Shown: positions 26,811 through 39,776 of the stretch, one piece after another
Position numbering within the stretch: the first letter of the stretch is position 1
Layout: each line of letters opens with the position of its first letter
From: Mizuhopecten yessoensis
Lineage: Eukaryota
Assembly (NCBI RefSeq): GCF_002113885.1
Contig: NW_018406103.1
Span: forward strand, 809,671 to 873,670
Reading direction: 5' to 3'
DNA length: 64,000 nt
Made by a program: the position numbers and the translations under genes
The notes under the pieces: generated by a model
Databases searched by the model: none
Told to the model about the DNA's origin: nothing
Seen by the model: only the letters and a program-made list of their open reading frames with translations

Positions 26811-28884
26811 TGATATGCATTTGGTGTTTTTTATTTACAAAATATTCAGAAAAGTTTTTCCGTCTTTTCCGTACTTAATTACATTCACAATCATTTATAC
26901 TATAACCATTCTGGAGATTTCAGGTGTTACTATCGCTTACATTCTCTGCACCCTTGGAATAAATATGTCTTGCCTAATCGAAGGCTCTTTACGCGCTATC
27001 TTGCGGGCGAAACAAGTGAAACTAGTTTGATCATTTCGGTGTGTCTCAAAAGAATTACCGCTGCAGCGTATCGGTAAAATTGACCGACTTTGACGTCTGG
27101 TCTCTTCTCTCTTATCTTCAAAGGACAAGTATCAGTCAAGCGATTGGTCAGTTTTTCGTACCCGAGACCAATCAAAGAGCTTTCTTCGTGCCTTCAATAT
27201 TCTGTCATGACGTAATTTCATGGGTGCAGAGAACGTAAGTGAGCGTTGCCCGAGGAATTTCGAGGATGTACCCACACAAACTGTATTCATTCCACACCAT
27301 TTAATATCAAAGTTATTGTTATTTGAAATACGGTATAAAAGATAACAGTATAGCGAACACAATATTCGTATCCCTGAGTTACTTCTGATGTCAAGATTGT
27401 ATCCCAAAGTGCTTCATTTCGTGGATTAAAAAGCTGAATTGTGAAAAAAAACAGGGGTGAGACAGCGCTTCACACCTGACGGTATATAAGATAGCTATCT
27501 TTGTAATCCATTAAATCTGATGGACTTGTAGAGTTCAATCATGATACGGCAAATATTTTTTATATAGAGTAGGTTTATATATTAATTAGATGTATGTGCC
27601 CGTGTAACATTGGCTGGCGCGTGCTTTTGACGCTCTGCCGACAACGATACAGATTAATCGTGCTATCTGCCGCTGGGGGGGGGGACTCCTGCTGTCAGAA
27701 CTACCATTTTTAAGGTTGAGTTGGAGATTGTACAATTGTTATAGGCCTGATAAGTCGGTAGAACATCCTGCAGTAGGTCGATAGGAAAATGTATTGATAA
27801 AGTCAGGAGTTACGTGAAGTCATCAACTATCAAGGATAAATTGCCTGCACCAACACCTTCGGTTTGGTTTCATGTTTTACAGTGTTTTTATCCCCGTAAA
27901 TAAGGTAAACACATTTTTCTGTAAAACGTAAGCCCTTATCAATGTCTAAACATCGCGATATCTCGCCAATTCCGTTAGATTCCGAGATTTTGCGAAAATG
28001 GCCGAGTTGTTCCGATCGCGTTGTATAATACACATCTGTGAGCGTTACAATGATGACGCTAGAGTACAGTTACGTTTAATAGTCAAACGTGTTTTTTAAT
28101 TTTATCTCATCAGTGATAGATGTATGTAGTGTTAATAGATCAAATATGCCAATCTGAAGCAGGAAAAGAGAATAAATATACTTACCAAACCCTGAAAAAC
28201 GTTACAACGTTACAAATTTCTGATTTTCGGCTGCAACAGATATATAATTAATTCGTTTATTTAATAATTCCATGTTAAACCTTGTTCAGAAAATAATTCC
28301 AGCTACACGGCTGTGGTAGACCACGTGGACGGAGAGTCAACAACCTTGTAACATAAGATAATATCTAGAAATATAAGCAAGGGATTACCTATCAAAACGA
28401 TGGAAAGAGCGAAACAAAGTAAATAGTTTTACTGCACCGTGCGGTTATTTCGTCCACTAAGAACTGATCGCTGTTACCAAATGTCAAAAGATAATATTAC
28501 ATCAATATTAAGCCGGGACGTATATGAGTATACAATGTTGTTTATTGATGTACGCTATTGCGTGCGTGTTGGTATGTATAAGATCTGGGATTTCCGCTTG
28601 TTTATTGTACCTGATAACATCTGACCCATATACCAGGGATATAAAGATATACATACACACTATACGAATAGGAAACGTGTAACGTAAGTAATTGCCCTAC
28701 TTTAGTTAGCGATATTGAGATGTACGGGTTCATAGCATATTGTAAGCTAGCATCTTTAAACCAGACGCTTGATCACTTTGTAATTCGTAGCTTGCGCAGA
28801 CGACAAGAGTCTGGTTGAGTCTTGTAAGTTTCCTTACTTATTAAAGATATTTTTACCTCACTAAATTGTTTGGTTATGTTTCGA

Positions 28885-29109
28885 TTGTTTTGGTTTGGTT
28901 TGGTTGTGTTTAACGTCTTATTAACAGATATGGTCATTTAAGGACGTGTCACGTTTTAATGGTGGAGGAACGAGTTACTGGAGAAATACCACCGATCAAC
29001 GGCCAATACATTGCGACTGCCCCACGTAGGCCTCGAACCCGCGAGCCAGTGGTGGAGGGCTAGTGGTAGCAGAATGTCAGAAGCCTTCCACTTTGCCACC
29101 GCGGCCCAC
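28885..29109 (-). mobile_element. tRNA-derived V-domain SINE (family B), near full length
   Basis: Minus strand GGGCCGCGGTGGC head, GGGTTCGAGGCC B box, V-like core, tail GTCCTTAAATGACC...GTTAATAAGACGTTAAAC plus (AAACC)n. Confidence 0.85.
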
Positions 29110-30313
29110 TCCCCACTTAGACTAACTAAGGTTTTGGTTATATTTCGGTTGTAGTTGCTACCATGTTTGGTATATTTGCAACTGCTTCGTATATATGTGT
29201 TTTTCAAAGTTATTATAAGTTTTTGATAGAAGCCACATGTGGCTACGCTTTCTAACACAACACGCAATCAAACCATTTACTACATGTACGTGTTAGCTCA
29301 TGGGGTTCGTATATCATGTTTCAGAACAGATTTTGCACCAAGAAACAATAAACTTCTCGCGATATCAAACCATCTCGTTCTTAAGCGGTAGAGTGTTTAC
29401 GTAGGAGTAACCAGGATGTCGTGTTTATTTTTATTAATGAGAGTGCCGATATCTTAAAAAAAATATCAACATGATGTTCATGGATTACAGAAATTTGGGG
29501 GTGTTTGCACAAATAATGCTTACACTTAAATAAACCACTTATCAAACCATCAAAGAGTGCAAATCGATCGTATTACGTATGTTCGTGTACGTGTTCGCGG
29601 AATAACACAACTGTACGTCTTGCTCTTTGATTTTGTTTGATATGGATGCCTTAATGCAGATCATTATAAACTCTGATATTTCTGGCAGGAACCATTAGTT
29701 TATATACAATCTCGCCCACATGTAACTCCAGGCCTGACCATCAAATGAAACCATCAGTTCTTGATCCAGTTTTTTTTTTTTTTTTTTTAATTTCATTCAT
29801 TTGCCTCTGAATTTCACACAGAGCAGAACACCTGCAATGTTTGCTTAAAGATACGCCAATATAGCTTTTGGCGTGTATTCCAGATGTGTATGTCTATTTA
29901 ATACCAGGTATTAGCGCTAATGCTGAAACTGGAATCTAGAACTAAAAAAATCAAAAGCTGAAATTATTTTGAGAGAATTTCTAATACTTGTAATGGTCGG
30001 TAAAGAATTGGCCTGCCGACCTTCCGGAGAGTCAGTTTGAGATACCATGCTGTGCTAGACAACTTTGTTCCATGGATCAAACATACGCTGTATTAAATCT
30101 CTCTATGATTGTTGGCTAGCAGGCGATGAGGTACAGTATTTCTGACGTAATGAGCGTTCAAGTGCACTGAAATTAATGTCTAGGGTCATCTAATCACCAG
30201 AAAGAGTCTGGTAATTTTAATTGGTCAGAAAGTGACGAATTCGTGGTGAGCATTTTTTTTTTTAAAGAGCCTGTTTTTGAGCCAGTAAGGATTATGAATC
30301 AAATAAAGTAGGT

Positions 30314-30997
30314 TGTCTGTGATTGGTCGATAATGATTTCTATCTTATGCATGTGGCTGTCTGTGATTAGTCGATAATGATTTCTATCTTATGAATGTGG
30401 CTGTCTGTGATTGGTCAATAATTATTTCTATCTTATGAATGTGGCTGTCTGTGATTGGTCGATAATGATTTCTATCTTATGAATGTGGCTGTCTGTGATT
30501 GGACGATAATGATTTCTATCTTATGAATGTGACTGTCTGTGATTAGTCGATAAAGATTTCTATCTTATGAATGTGGCTGTCTGTGATTGGTCGATAATGA
30601 TTTCTATCTTATGCATGTGGCTGTCTGTGATTGGTCGATAAAGATTTCGATCTTATGAATGTGTCTGTGTGTGATTGGTCGAGAATGATTTCTATCTTAT
30701 GAATGTAGCTGTCTGTGATTGGTCAGTAATGATTTCTATCTAATGAATGTGGCTGTCTGTGATTGGTCGATAAAGATTTCTATCTTATGAATGTGTCTGT
30801 GTGTGATTGGTCGATAATGATTTCTATCTTATGAATGTGGCTGTCTGTGATTGGTCAGTAATGATTTCTATCTCATGAATGTGTCTGTCTGTGATTGGTC
30901 AGTAATGATTTCTATCTTATGAATGTAGCTGTCTGTGATTGGTCGATAAAGATTTCTATCTTATGAATGTGGCTGTCTGTGATTGGTCGATTATGAT
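30314..30997. repeat. 44-bp minisatellite, ~15.5 copies, unrelated to the 1-3090 array
   Basis: TGTCTGTGATTGGTCGATAATGATTTCTATCTTATGAATGTGGC at 30314, 30358 and onward. Confidence 0.97.
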
Positions 30998-31319
30998 TCT
31001 CAAACAAACGAAACTAACAAATACATCATGCAAGTTCACATTTCAAGTTGTCATCATTGTTCAGAGTTGAACAACTCTGTTGAACCCCTTCCCACACCTT
31101 TCCATAAAGGATGTCTGGAACCCTTGTCATAAAACGTTTAGCTGAACTCATTCTTTAAACAGTTGGTTGGACCCCTCCTATCAAAATTTGAGTTTTCAAT
31201 ATATGTCATTTATAGTTTGCAGGTTGGTACATGTCCTTAAAACACGAAATTCGAAACCTTACCGAATGATTTGGTTAGAACCTTCCCATTATGGTTTAAA
31301 TTATGATATCAAGAACTGG

Positions 31320-31566
31320 TTGCTTTGGTTTGTGTTGTTTGTGTTTTAGTAGTAGTAGTACCAGGTTTTAGTGGTGGAGGAAAACGGGAGTACCCAGAGA
31401 AAAACCATCGACCTTGCAACTGCCTCACGTAGGCCTCGAGCATGCGACACACTTAGACAATCTGATAGAAAATCTCAGGGAACTCGGGCTTTCCTCCACC
31501 ACCACAACCTGGCACGTCCTTAAATTTTAAGAGCATAGCTCGTAAAACATAATCAAACAAACCAAA
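31320..31566. mobile_element. Two family B SINE fragments in inverted (head-to-head) orientation
   Basis: CCAGGTTTTAGTGGTGGAGGAAAACGGGAGTACCC (minus copy) versus GGGAACTCGGGCTTTCCTCCACCACCACAACCTGG (plus copy). Confidence 0.75.
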
Positions 31567-32705
31567 GTCTTCTACTAACTTAGAATTTCACTTCATAATA
31601 AAATCTGATTTAGACTGACTGCACGAGGAAATCTCCATTATACTCATGCATGTGTGTATCTGCTAGCATATGAGCTAGATATGTTATGATGTGTTAAACT
31701 CTTAATACATCATCGGCAAGAACGCTATTAGACCAGGCTTCACTTTGTACAGTAGTGGGTAAAACCGATCCGACATGCTGATTTGGTGTACTGTTGAAAT
31801 TCGCATTTATAATAGGAAATCCAGATTTGTTTGATCTGGAGGGAGATTTATCCTCTAATTGCTGTGGCTGTGGGAAGGATAACATGGCTCTGTGTATACT
31901 GCTTTCCGCCCAAATAGACGCACATACAATACTGTGTGCAGTGTATAGAGGCGGGTTACTCAATGGAAACGCTGTTATCGCGATGAGAGTACATCTTTTG
32001 ATGAACATTTGTAAAAAAAAAAATGTAATATTTAAAAAAAAAAATCTGTGACCCGAATAATTTGTTTACTTCATTCCAACATTTTGCTTTAAACTAGGAA
32101 ACATATAGTCCAGATTTTATTTTATTTTATTGCCAATATATAATTAGCCACGGGATTGGGCACAAGTTGAACAATTCATACGGAGCTGTTTCGAAAAGTA
32201 CTCAAAATGGAAAACTTGCGAGAAAACGGCCCAAGAAACTTTAACTAGGTGATACTTGTGTATGTCAATTTAGTGGAAATAAGCTTAATTGGCTGCTTAT
32301 TATCGTTACACGGGCAATTTAAAGGTAATAATAATTGCGAAAACAAAGCTTCCCTACTTCACGTGCCATGCGATGCTATTTATTTAGAAATCCTTTTCAT
32401 AAGTCATTTTTTTCAAAACTGATGATAGTTTCGTGAAGAGATTTAATCAGAACCTCTTTTAACTCCACGTTTTGTAAATACGTGTACGTATAATGTACCT
32501 GCTGATCTTAGTCGTTTGTCCCCAAATTTTGGCTAAAATACCAAAGTGTCCCTTTCAGGGTACAGTTACTCCTGTTCAAGGACCTACGTGATCTTGATAG
32601 TATTTCACGTTCTATTTATAGAAACACGTTCCGGGGATATAAGTCCATAATTGTTCAATTAGATATGAAATTATGATGCTTTTATCAATATCAAACAATG
32701 TGGAC

Positions 32706-32900
32706 GGTCGGGAGGCGCAGTGGATAAGGCACTCTCACCTTAGCGGTGATTCCCCGATTAGGTGAACATGAAAAGGTATAGAGTCACCTGCATAACGTGG
32801 GTTTTCTACGGGTACTCCGGTTTCCTCTCACACTAAGACCCCCCTGGCGCGATGATGTCAAACAACTTGTTTCATACCTGTTTTAAAATAAATAAAGTTT
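32706..32900 (+). mobile_element. tRNA-derived V-domain SINE (family A)
   Basis: GGTCGGGAGGCGCAGTGGATAA head; CGTGGGTTTTCTACGGGTACTCCGGTTTCCTCTCACACTAAGACC; AATAAAGTTT end. Confidence 0.85.
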
Positions 32901-33694
32901 ATATTGATACAATGTCGAACGTATCAGGAAAATTAAGAAAATGGAACATTGTTTTTAATTTGGCTTGTGACGTTAGAACTGAAGTAACGTCATAATGGGA
33001 TTTTATGACCTGCTTTTTGAATTGCTGTTTCTAAAATTAGTAACACAAAGCCAATATCACAAATCGCCGATCTCCGCGTAATCATAATCTAAACAATAAA
33101 TAAAACAAGTTTGTGAAATCTAATTTAAACAAATGGTGTCTGGCTATTGAGATTGACAAATATTTCAACAACAAAGCAATGACTGAATCAATATTTTCTG
33201 CCCATTTGTTCCGACATTTCCAATAAATATCTGCCTTACCCAAATTGTACCACTCTCGGTGACGTAATCGATTATTCAATCAACGATGAAATCAATGTCT
33301 GAGATTCCGAATAATTGTAAACGGAATATTACCTTTACAATAATGTATGTAAAGTCAAGCTATATCGGTTGAAACAATACTCAATTATTCATTTACAAAT
33401 TGGCGGAGATTTTATCTCCCGCCTCTTAACCCACTCAATTAGACTTGGTCAGAATTAAGAATTAACAGCTGCCGTAACGTCACTGGGTAGACTATTGATA
33501 TTTACCATCGTGTGTTGTAATGTTAAACGCTATTGACTTAGTAAAATGATCTTAAATAAATGGCAAAGATTCAAGCGTTAGATTTCGAAATCAATCTGTA
33601 CATTTGTATTATGTCGGAGATAATGTTATTTACATTTATTCCTCTTGTTGTCGGGAAACACGATTCTTTGTTTCTTCGCCCTCTTGAAACATGA

Positions 33695-33785
33695 TAAACC
33701 CTTTCACCACTGTAGACCATTATGGACTCATCCATATAAATGCATGGTTGAGTTTATTAAAGTTACATATAGGTGAAAGGGTTAA
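33695..33785. mobile_element. 91-bp piggyBac-like MITE
   Basis: AACCCTTTCACC ... GGTGAAAGGGTTAA; colinear with 50772-50862. Confidence 0.8.
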
Positions 33786-34522
33786 TCGAGAAGAAACAAA
33801 GACTCGTGTTCCCCTGTCGGTGATATATGTTCAACGATTTAACAATGATATTTTATAAACTGGACGACCGTTATCTACAGAAAAAACGTGCATTATCAGC
33901 TGATTTAAAAAATATTTCCACAAGGCGTGTGTGTTTTGAAGATACAATAAAAAGATGCGGTAAACGTACAAGCGTTTGATTGACAGTGACGTAGTAACTA
34001 ATGTAAACAGTGGGCGCATCATACACTCTTCGGTATGGTCGTGTATAATGCGTGTTTACGTACTTACATGTACACCATACAGCAAGAACAAAAGTATCAA
34101 CCACGGTATGGCCTTATCGTTATGTTACTATCAAATTAAGATGGCATTCATATGTGCTATGAATGCAATTGCTTAATTATTGACGTTATCATTTTTATAA
34201 CGTCATAATTGTTACTTTGGATTCAACTGACTCTCTGGATTTGTATTTGAAACCTGTTTCATTTTTAATAAATCAACTAAAACTATGAGTCTTAAATGTT
34301 ATCAAAATCTGCATTTAGTTGTCATGCAAGGTCAGTACGTATGCTATTTGGAACAGGGCAAATTCAGCATTAAATAGAGTATGTATCATGGTAATTTATT
34401 GGTATCATTTTTTTTAAATCTATTCAACGATGTCGTACATTTTACGAATATTAGATCCATATCATTTTAACTTGTTGATAGTTAGGCAGTATTTTATCAG
34501 TCTATCAGAAGATGAGATTACA

Positions 34523-34612
34523 TTTACTCATTCACCCCTAAAATTCCATAATGAACTATTCCAAACTTTGAATTGGAAGAGTTCAAATGTGTCTTCAGGG
34601 GTAAATGTGTCT
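34523..34612. mobile_element. Degenerate ~90-bp piggyBac-like MITE (related family)
   Basis: ACTCATTCACCCCT ... AGGGGTAAATGTGT inverted ends. Confidence 0.55.
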
Positions 34613-35141
34613 GAAAAAGGTTGTATTAATATGCCACTGTCATCGTGGAAAGATGATGCCCCATTTGGGACATCAGACCCACATCGTTCCACTTACCGAC
34701 TGTGACAAACGTTACAATGCCTCGTGGTGTCCATTTCAATGAAATCAGATTGAAATCACATCCCCATGTTGTCAATTACCAGCTGTCTGTCATGATCAGC
34801 TGATACTGTGTATTATTTTTTTCTGTGATAATTCGATTTCAGTTAACGATTTTTTGTGTCCAGTATATTGTTTGATAATTGCTCGTACATTTCCATGTAA
34901 TTTTCTGCATTCCCCTTTTCTCTTGGGACTTGGGTATTCTCTGGTTAAATTGTCGGCGTTATATTACACGGAATATGATTGGATTAGGCTATAAATAATC
35001 AAGCTAGGTTAGAAAAAGGCCGTGGCAGAGTCCAATACAAGCACACGTATACAGCTATAGATGTCATTGGCGAATCGCAGTATGTGTTTTTTTCAGTCAT
35101 AGAAACATATGCAATATTTAGATAGAATAGTGTGGCCATAT

Positions 35142-35300
35142 GGGTCTATGCATGTTATACTTAGAGATTTGGGTCTATGCATGTGATATTTAGAGATTTG
35201 AGTCTATGCATGTGATATTTAGAGATTTTGGTATATGCATGTGATATTTAGAGATTTGGGTCTATGCATGTGATATTTAGAGATTTGGGTCTATGTATGC
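35142..35300. repeat. 29-bp minisatellite, ~5 copies
   Basis: GGGTCTATGCATGTGATATTTAGAGATTT unit. Confidence 0.9.
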
Positions 35301-35611
35301 AAGATTTAATTAGGTAGAAATATGTGTATATTTGGGACTACAATAATCAACCAGAGTAACCGCCTATAGGTTGTATTTGTACTTTAAAGACATTGAATAA
35401 ACGTTAAATATAATCATATCTGTGGAGGCATTGACTTACTGTGGAAGCCTTCCCATCGGCAACTGACATATAACCTCAAAACCAAAATAACTGCTGTACA
35501 AGCTTGTCCTAAAGGTATGGCATTGATCTTTGCATTAGAGCTACACCTACGGTACAATGTACATCATTCTGCTCCTACCAAATAATAATAATATAAACTA
35601 ATATTAATGAT

Positions 35612-35712
35612 AGGGCAGGCGACCCCATTCCTTTCCACGTCCGATCGGGGAATCGAACCCCGATCGCCTTGGTGAAAGGCAAATGTGCTATCCATTGCGC
35701 CACCCGACCGCC
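35612..35712 (-). mobile_element. 5' (tRNA-like) half of a family A SINE
   Basis: Minus strand GGCGGTCGGGTGGCGCAATGGATAGCAC...GGGGTTCGATTCCCCGATCGGACGTGG with A and B boxes. Confidence 0.8.
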
Positions 35713-35739
35713 CTTATGTACTATATTTACCAAATATTG

Positions 35740-36096
35740 ATAATGATAATTCGAGGCTCTTATATACCGCTTTATCGCAACCTAGTTCGAAGGTCGTCTG
35801 AAAGCGGTTCACAAATTATTATCCCTGGTTATACATGTAGGGCCTTTGCAACCAGCCAATATCTTTCGCAACTCCCTGGGGAGCATACAGCCGATGCTGC
35901 CATTTCGCCGCTCACAGCTAGCATTCTACAATTCTAGCTCTGCCCAACCACGAACTCATTTACAGCTGATTAGACTGGAAAAGCGGAGTAAAGTATCTTG
36001 CTCAAATACAAAACACAGTGCCGTGACGCGACTCGAGCCCGCAACCCTTCGGTAACGAGCCTGGCGTCCTGCTACATGTACTAGACTACCGTGACC
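35740..36096 (-). mobile_element. tRNA-derived CORE-type SINE with an L2-like tail
   Basis: Minus strand GGGCTCGAGTC B box, TTGAGCAAGATACTTTACTCC...TCAGCTGTAAATGAGT (CORE-like), GGCTGTATGCTCCCCAGGGAGTTG, then TGTGAACCGCTTT...AAGCGGTATATAA tail. Confidence 0.75.
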
Positions 36097-37694
36097 GTAG
36101 GTCTGGTGTAAGTTATCTAGAAAAGTTGCTATATTTAATATTGCATTTGAATTGTATATTTCCAGTTTTACCAAAATGTCTTTTAAGAGGTGGGAGAAAA
36201 TGACTCAATCATTATGTAGGTATGTGGGATATTTAAGAAAAAATGACAAAAGGAATATATGTTCTCTCTTTTTCCACTGTAGCAACCTGCATTTTAGTAG
36301 GAAGTATTCGGTGCCTGGTGCTGATTTATAGTGAAGACGTGGGCTTAACTCCATTCTGTTTATAGGCTCTCTTGTGGTTTGCAGCAGATAAATTCCCGTG
36401 AACAGCTAGATGAATCTTCATTGGAAGTCGACAAGTGGTGATCGTCGGTTGGTACGGCGAGGTTATATATTTCATAGCAAGCGGGGGCAAAGGGACATTG
36501 AAAAGATCTCTAACTCAACGGTCCTTCCTGTATCTTCCTTCTTACGTTCAAGTACTCAGATCATGTTAACTTCAAGTGTCTATAACCAAGTCACATGCTT
36601 ACTGATTGATCGTTTGTTGGTTTTTTTGTACATAATTTCAAATCCAAACATGACGTCAAGTGCAAAAGTGGCGCCAATCGTAATATAACTTTCCCTGTTG
36701 CACACTTATATATTACATACAAACAAACTACTACGGATGATATATCTTCATGGTTGGTGAAAATGATGTTTTTAAAAAGTAAAAATAAATTAAAAAATGG
36801 TACTTCAAATGTCATTTATACAGAAGAAGAGGTTTTTTTTACTTGGAGTATTCGCCCTTTTATTAAGGAAAAGCAACCACAAGGTGTTTTTTCCTAGCTT
36901 TGAGTAGCTTCCCGTGTCAAGTTAGTAATAAGCTTTTCGTTCCATTGATTGTACACTCATTCTGATGCAGTGCCGTCTGGAAGGCAAACTTTGGTAAATA
37001 GTAGGAATTATAGTGTTCTTATCTTCTATTTCAAACATTCCGACTATAGTTGACAGTTATACTTTTGTAAAATGCATGTCAACAAGCAAGGTTAAGTTGG
37101 AGAGCTATTCGTTATTTCTTATTCAGAATAACGACTAACCTTCTTACCTTCATCTTTTCGTAGAATCTATTTCTGATCTAGCTGCATTAAGTTTTCTATT
37201 TATAGAATCCCGTGTAATGGTTTTGTCGTCTTTCCATACAACACTGCCATCAGTGATAGCTCGCTATAGCTCCTGACCGGACAAATGTCCAAGAAGCATG
37301 ACTGGTCGTAGCCAGCACGTGGCTTTGTTGACATAGTGGTAATTGTTTCTGAAGTTTCGAGGAAATTGTTTGTTATTGTCTTTTAGGTAAACACACGAAA
37401 CACACTCAATTTCTTGCATATTCTTCGCCTTCGTTTCTTTGCTTTGCAAAATGCCTTATCATGGCTATCTGAGACGCAGGCAATGTGACGAAATGTTTTC
37501 AAACAGCTTTAAGAAATGAGGGCTATGTGATTGATATCTTTCAAATCTAAATATCTTATATATCTTAAATTATAAAACAAAAATTAAATTCTATAGATTC
37601 TCAATGTTTATCATACAGCAAATAAATGAACAGTTAAGTTATATCATCGGCACAGTATTATATCGTCGATGTGGAGGTCTTACAGGGAGTCCAT

Positions 37695-37743
37695 TCGGGA
37701 ACCGTCGGCACTTTCCGTAAACGAGAGTGCCGACGGTTCCCGA
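37695..37743. other. Perfect 18-bp GC-rich hairpin with a 13-nt loop
   Basis: TCGGGAACCGTCGGCACT / AGTGCCGACGGTTCCCGA; an imperfect copy lies at ~45967-46015. Confidence 0.9.
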
Positions 37744-38270
37744 TTGAATGGAAGTCTAGGGCTCGTTTATGCCGAACAACCGTATTGTCTGCTTTTAAAT
37801 GTAACATTTTCGGGAATATGCAGGCCTTGAAAGGCTTTGTCAAAGCTCGCCTGAAAGCAGCATCATAAACCAACAACTCATGTTTAACTGGTCCAACCGT
37901 TTGGATCGCGATAAACGAAAGCGGCCTTGGTGTCGCCATGACTGTTTACGTCAGTGGGATACCTGGCGCTATAGGTATATCAAGAATTTATAAAGTAAAA
38001 CAACTCAAAATCAAATCTTTATGACATATCTAGAGAGGTACAGATAAGAGCTCTGCGGACTTCATTTCCTAAATATTATGTTTTTAAATGTGAAGGCATT
38101 TTAACGGAGCGGACAATTCACATGTAATTATGGTATATGTCTGTAGTTTACATGCTTTAATGATAGTTTTACATTTAATGTCTTTACCTGGCAATTTTAT
38201 TCTTAATTTATTCATCTTTTTTTTTTCTTGCCAATTAATTGCAAATATCTGTAGCTTAATAAAAAAAAAN

Positions 38271-39776
38271 CCCTTTGTTAGTACAGGAGGAACATACTCC
38301 AATCTTAAAAAAGCATTAAAAAGAACATACAAACAGTTGTACACAGTGTCGTGGGCATAGAGTAAATGCTCGTACACAATTTGATCGTGCCCAGCTGCTT
38401 TACCTTGTGGTAAACTTTTACAGACCTTTTTAACGTCAGACATAGAAATTTCAACAAAACATTCATTGTTTACTATATGATTGGATAGAATATTGGCAAC
38501 AGATGTATTGATTTGGTCTGCAAAATTAGCATCAAAGTCATTAAGAGACGACTGGGAATATATGTCTTCAAAATATTCACCCCAATGTATGGCTAGAAGA
38601 GCAGGGTCTCTAATGACCCTCCCGCTAAAGTTCATTTCAGCGCCAACAGCACCCGAGGATGACTTACAGCGACTTTTGATGAGAGACCAAAACGATTTTT
38701 GATTTACATCCGCACATTTCTCAATGTCGTTGTTGAGGTTTACAATATGGTCTTCTGATACCTGACGATGTCTTTTCCTAAATAGGCACTTTGCATTTTT
38801 ATAGAGCCTAAAGGTATTGGAGAGGGGGTCCCGAGGTCGTCCTTGAGAGATCCATTCCAGACGCAACCGCCACATATTACGATGGAGTTCCTTTAGATGA
38901 TTATTCCAGTACGGTTTAAGGAATCTACAGAATTTACGCTTCGGTAACACACGTTCTGAAGTCCGCTGAATGCAATTCACAAGCTCGTTGGTGTAATTCT
39001 CAACATCGTCCTCAGAACAAAGCTCTTGCATGTTCACTAACGACGAGTTACTGATGCATTCATCCAGGCTATCGCGATAAACATCAACATTCTTAGAATC
39101 TCCAGAAGTAATCCACTTATAAGAGACTCGCGTCAGAGTATTACAACACGTTTCCCTAGGAACAGGAAGAGGAATGTGTAGCTCGCATAACAAAGGCCTG
39201 TGGTTCGAAACATCAAGGAAGTCACGATCTAGTACAGCGCATTCCCAGACGAGATCAACTTTTGACGAGTTGATGATAATGTGGTCTATAAGGGACGACG
39301 ATCCATCCTCCGAATGAACATACGAGTGCAACGGACCGACACATATATCAGCTGTTGACAACGCGCACAACTGATGCCGGTCAATGAGTCTCTGGAGCGA
39401 CTGACCACGCTGGTTTTGATAATTAGGGATACGTGGACCGCTTAGGCGAGCATTGAAATCTCCCATGAGAATTACTGATCCTTCAAGGGAAAAAGTTGTG
39501 CACAAGTCATCAAGTTTCTCAACATAATCCGTAAATATATCCACGCCATACCGAGAAGTAGGAAGATAAACCTGGATGAAATAAAGAATATCACTGTCCG
39601 TGACAAGCTTAATAATGGCGATCCTGTCGTCATCAGACTCCACGACAGACACACGATCGTTAAGTCTTTTGTGCCACATTATAGCAACACCGCCTTTACG
39701 AGATCGTTTATCCGCAAACGGATGTAGGGAAAAGTCAGATATGGCTATCGACTCGTAGTCTTTATGAATCGTTATA
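38271..39776 (-). mobile_element. Non-LTR retrotransposon ORF2 fragment: APE-type endonuclease, linker and start of RT; 5'-truncated and cut at N 38270
   Basis: Motifs GGVAIMW, QVYLP, LMGDFNA, LIDHII, SNHRPL, KPYW, KAAGHDQI in an uninterrupted frame. The ends of ORF 38084-39850 are flanking DNA. Confidence 0.93.

Noticed and set aside
28186-28191. 6-nt minus-strand microexon (TTTTTCAG|GGTTTG|GTAAGT)
   Set aside because: Such motifs arise by chance in 64 kb and there is no supporting gene model; it needs RNA-seq.
30314-30997. Common origin of the two 44-bp arrays
   Set aside because: Same period but no alignable sequence on either strand.
3210-36815. The many 60-130 aa ORFs in the track
   Set aside because: No recognisable domains; many start at TTG/GTG or overlap SINEs, MITEs or minisatellites, as expected by chance in AT-rich DNA.
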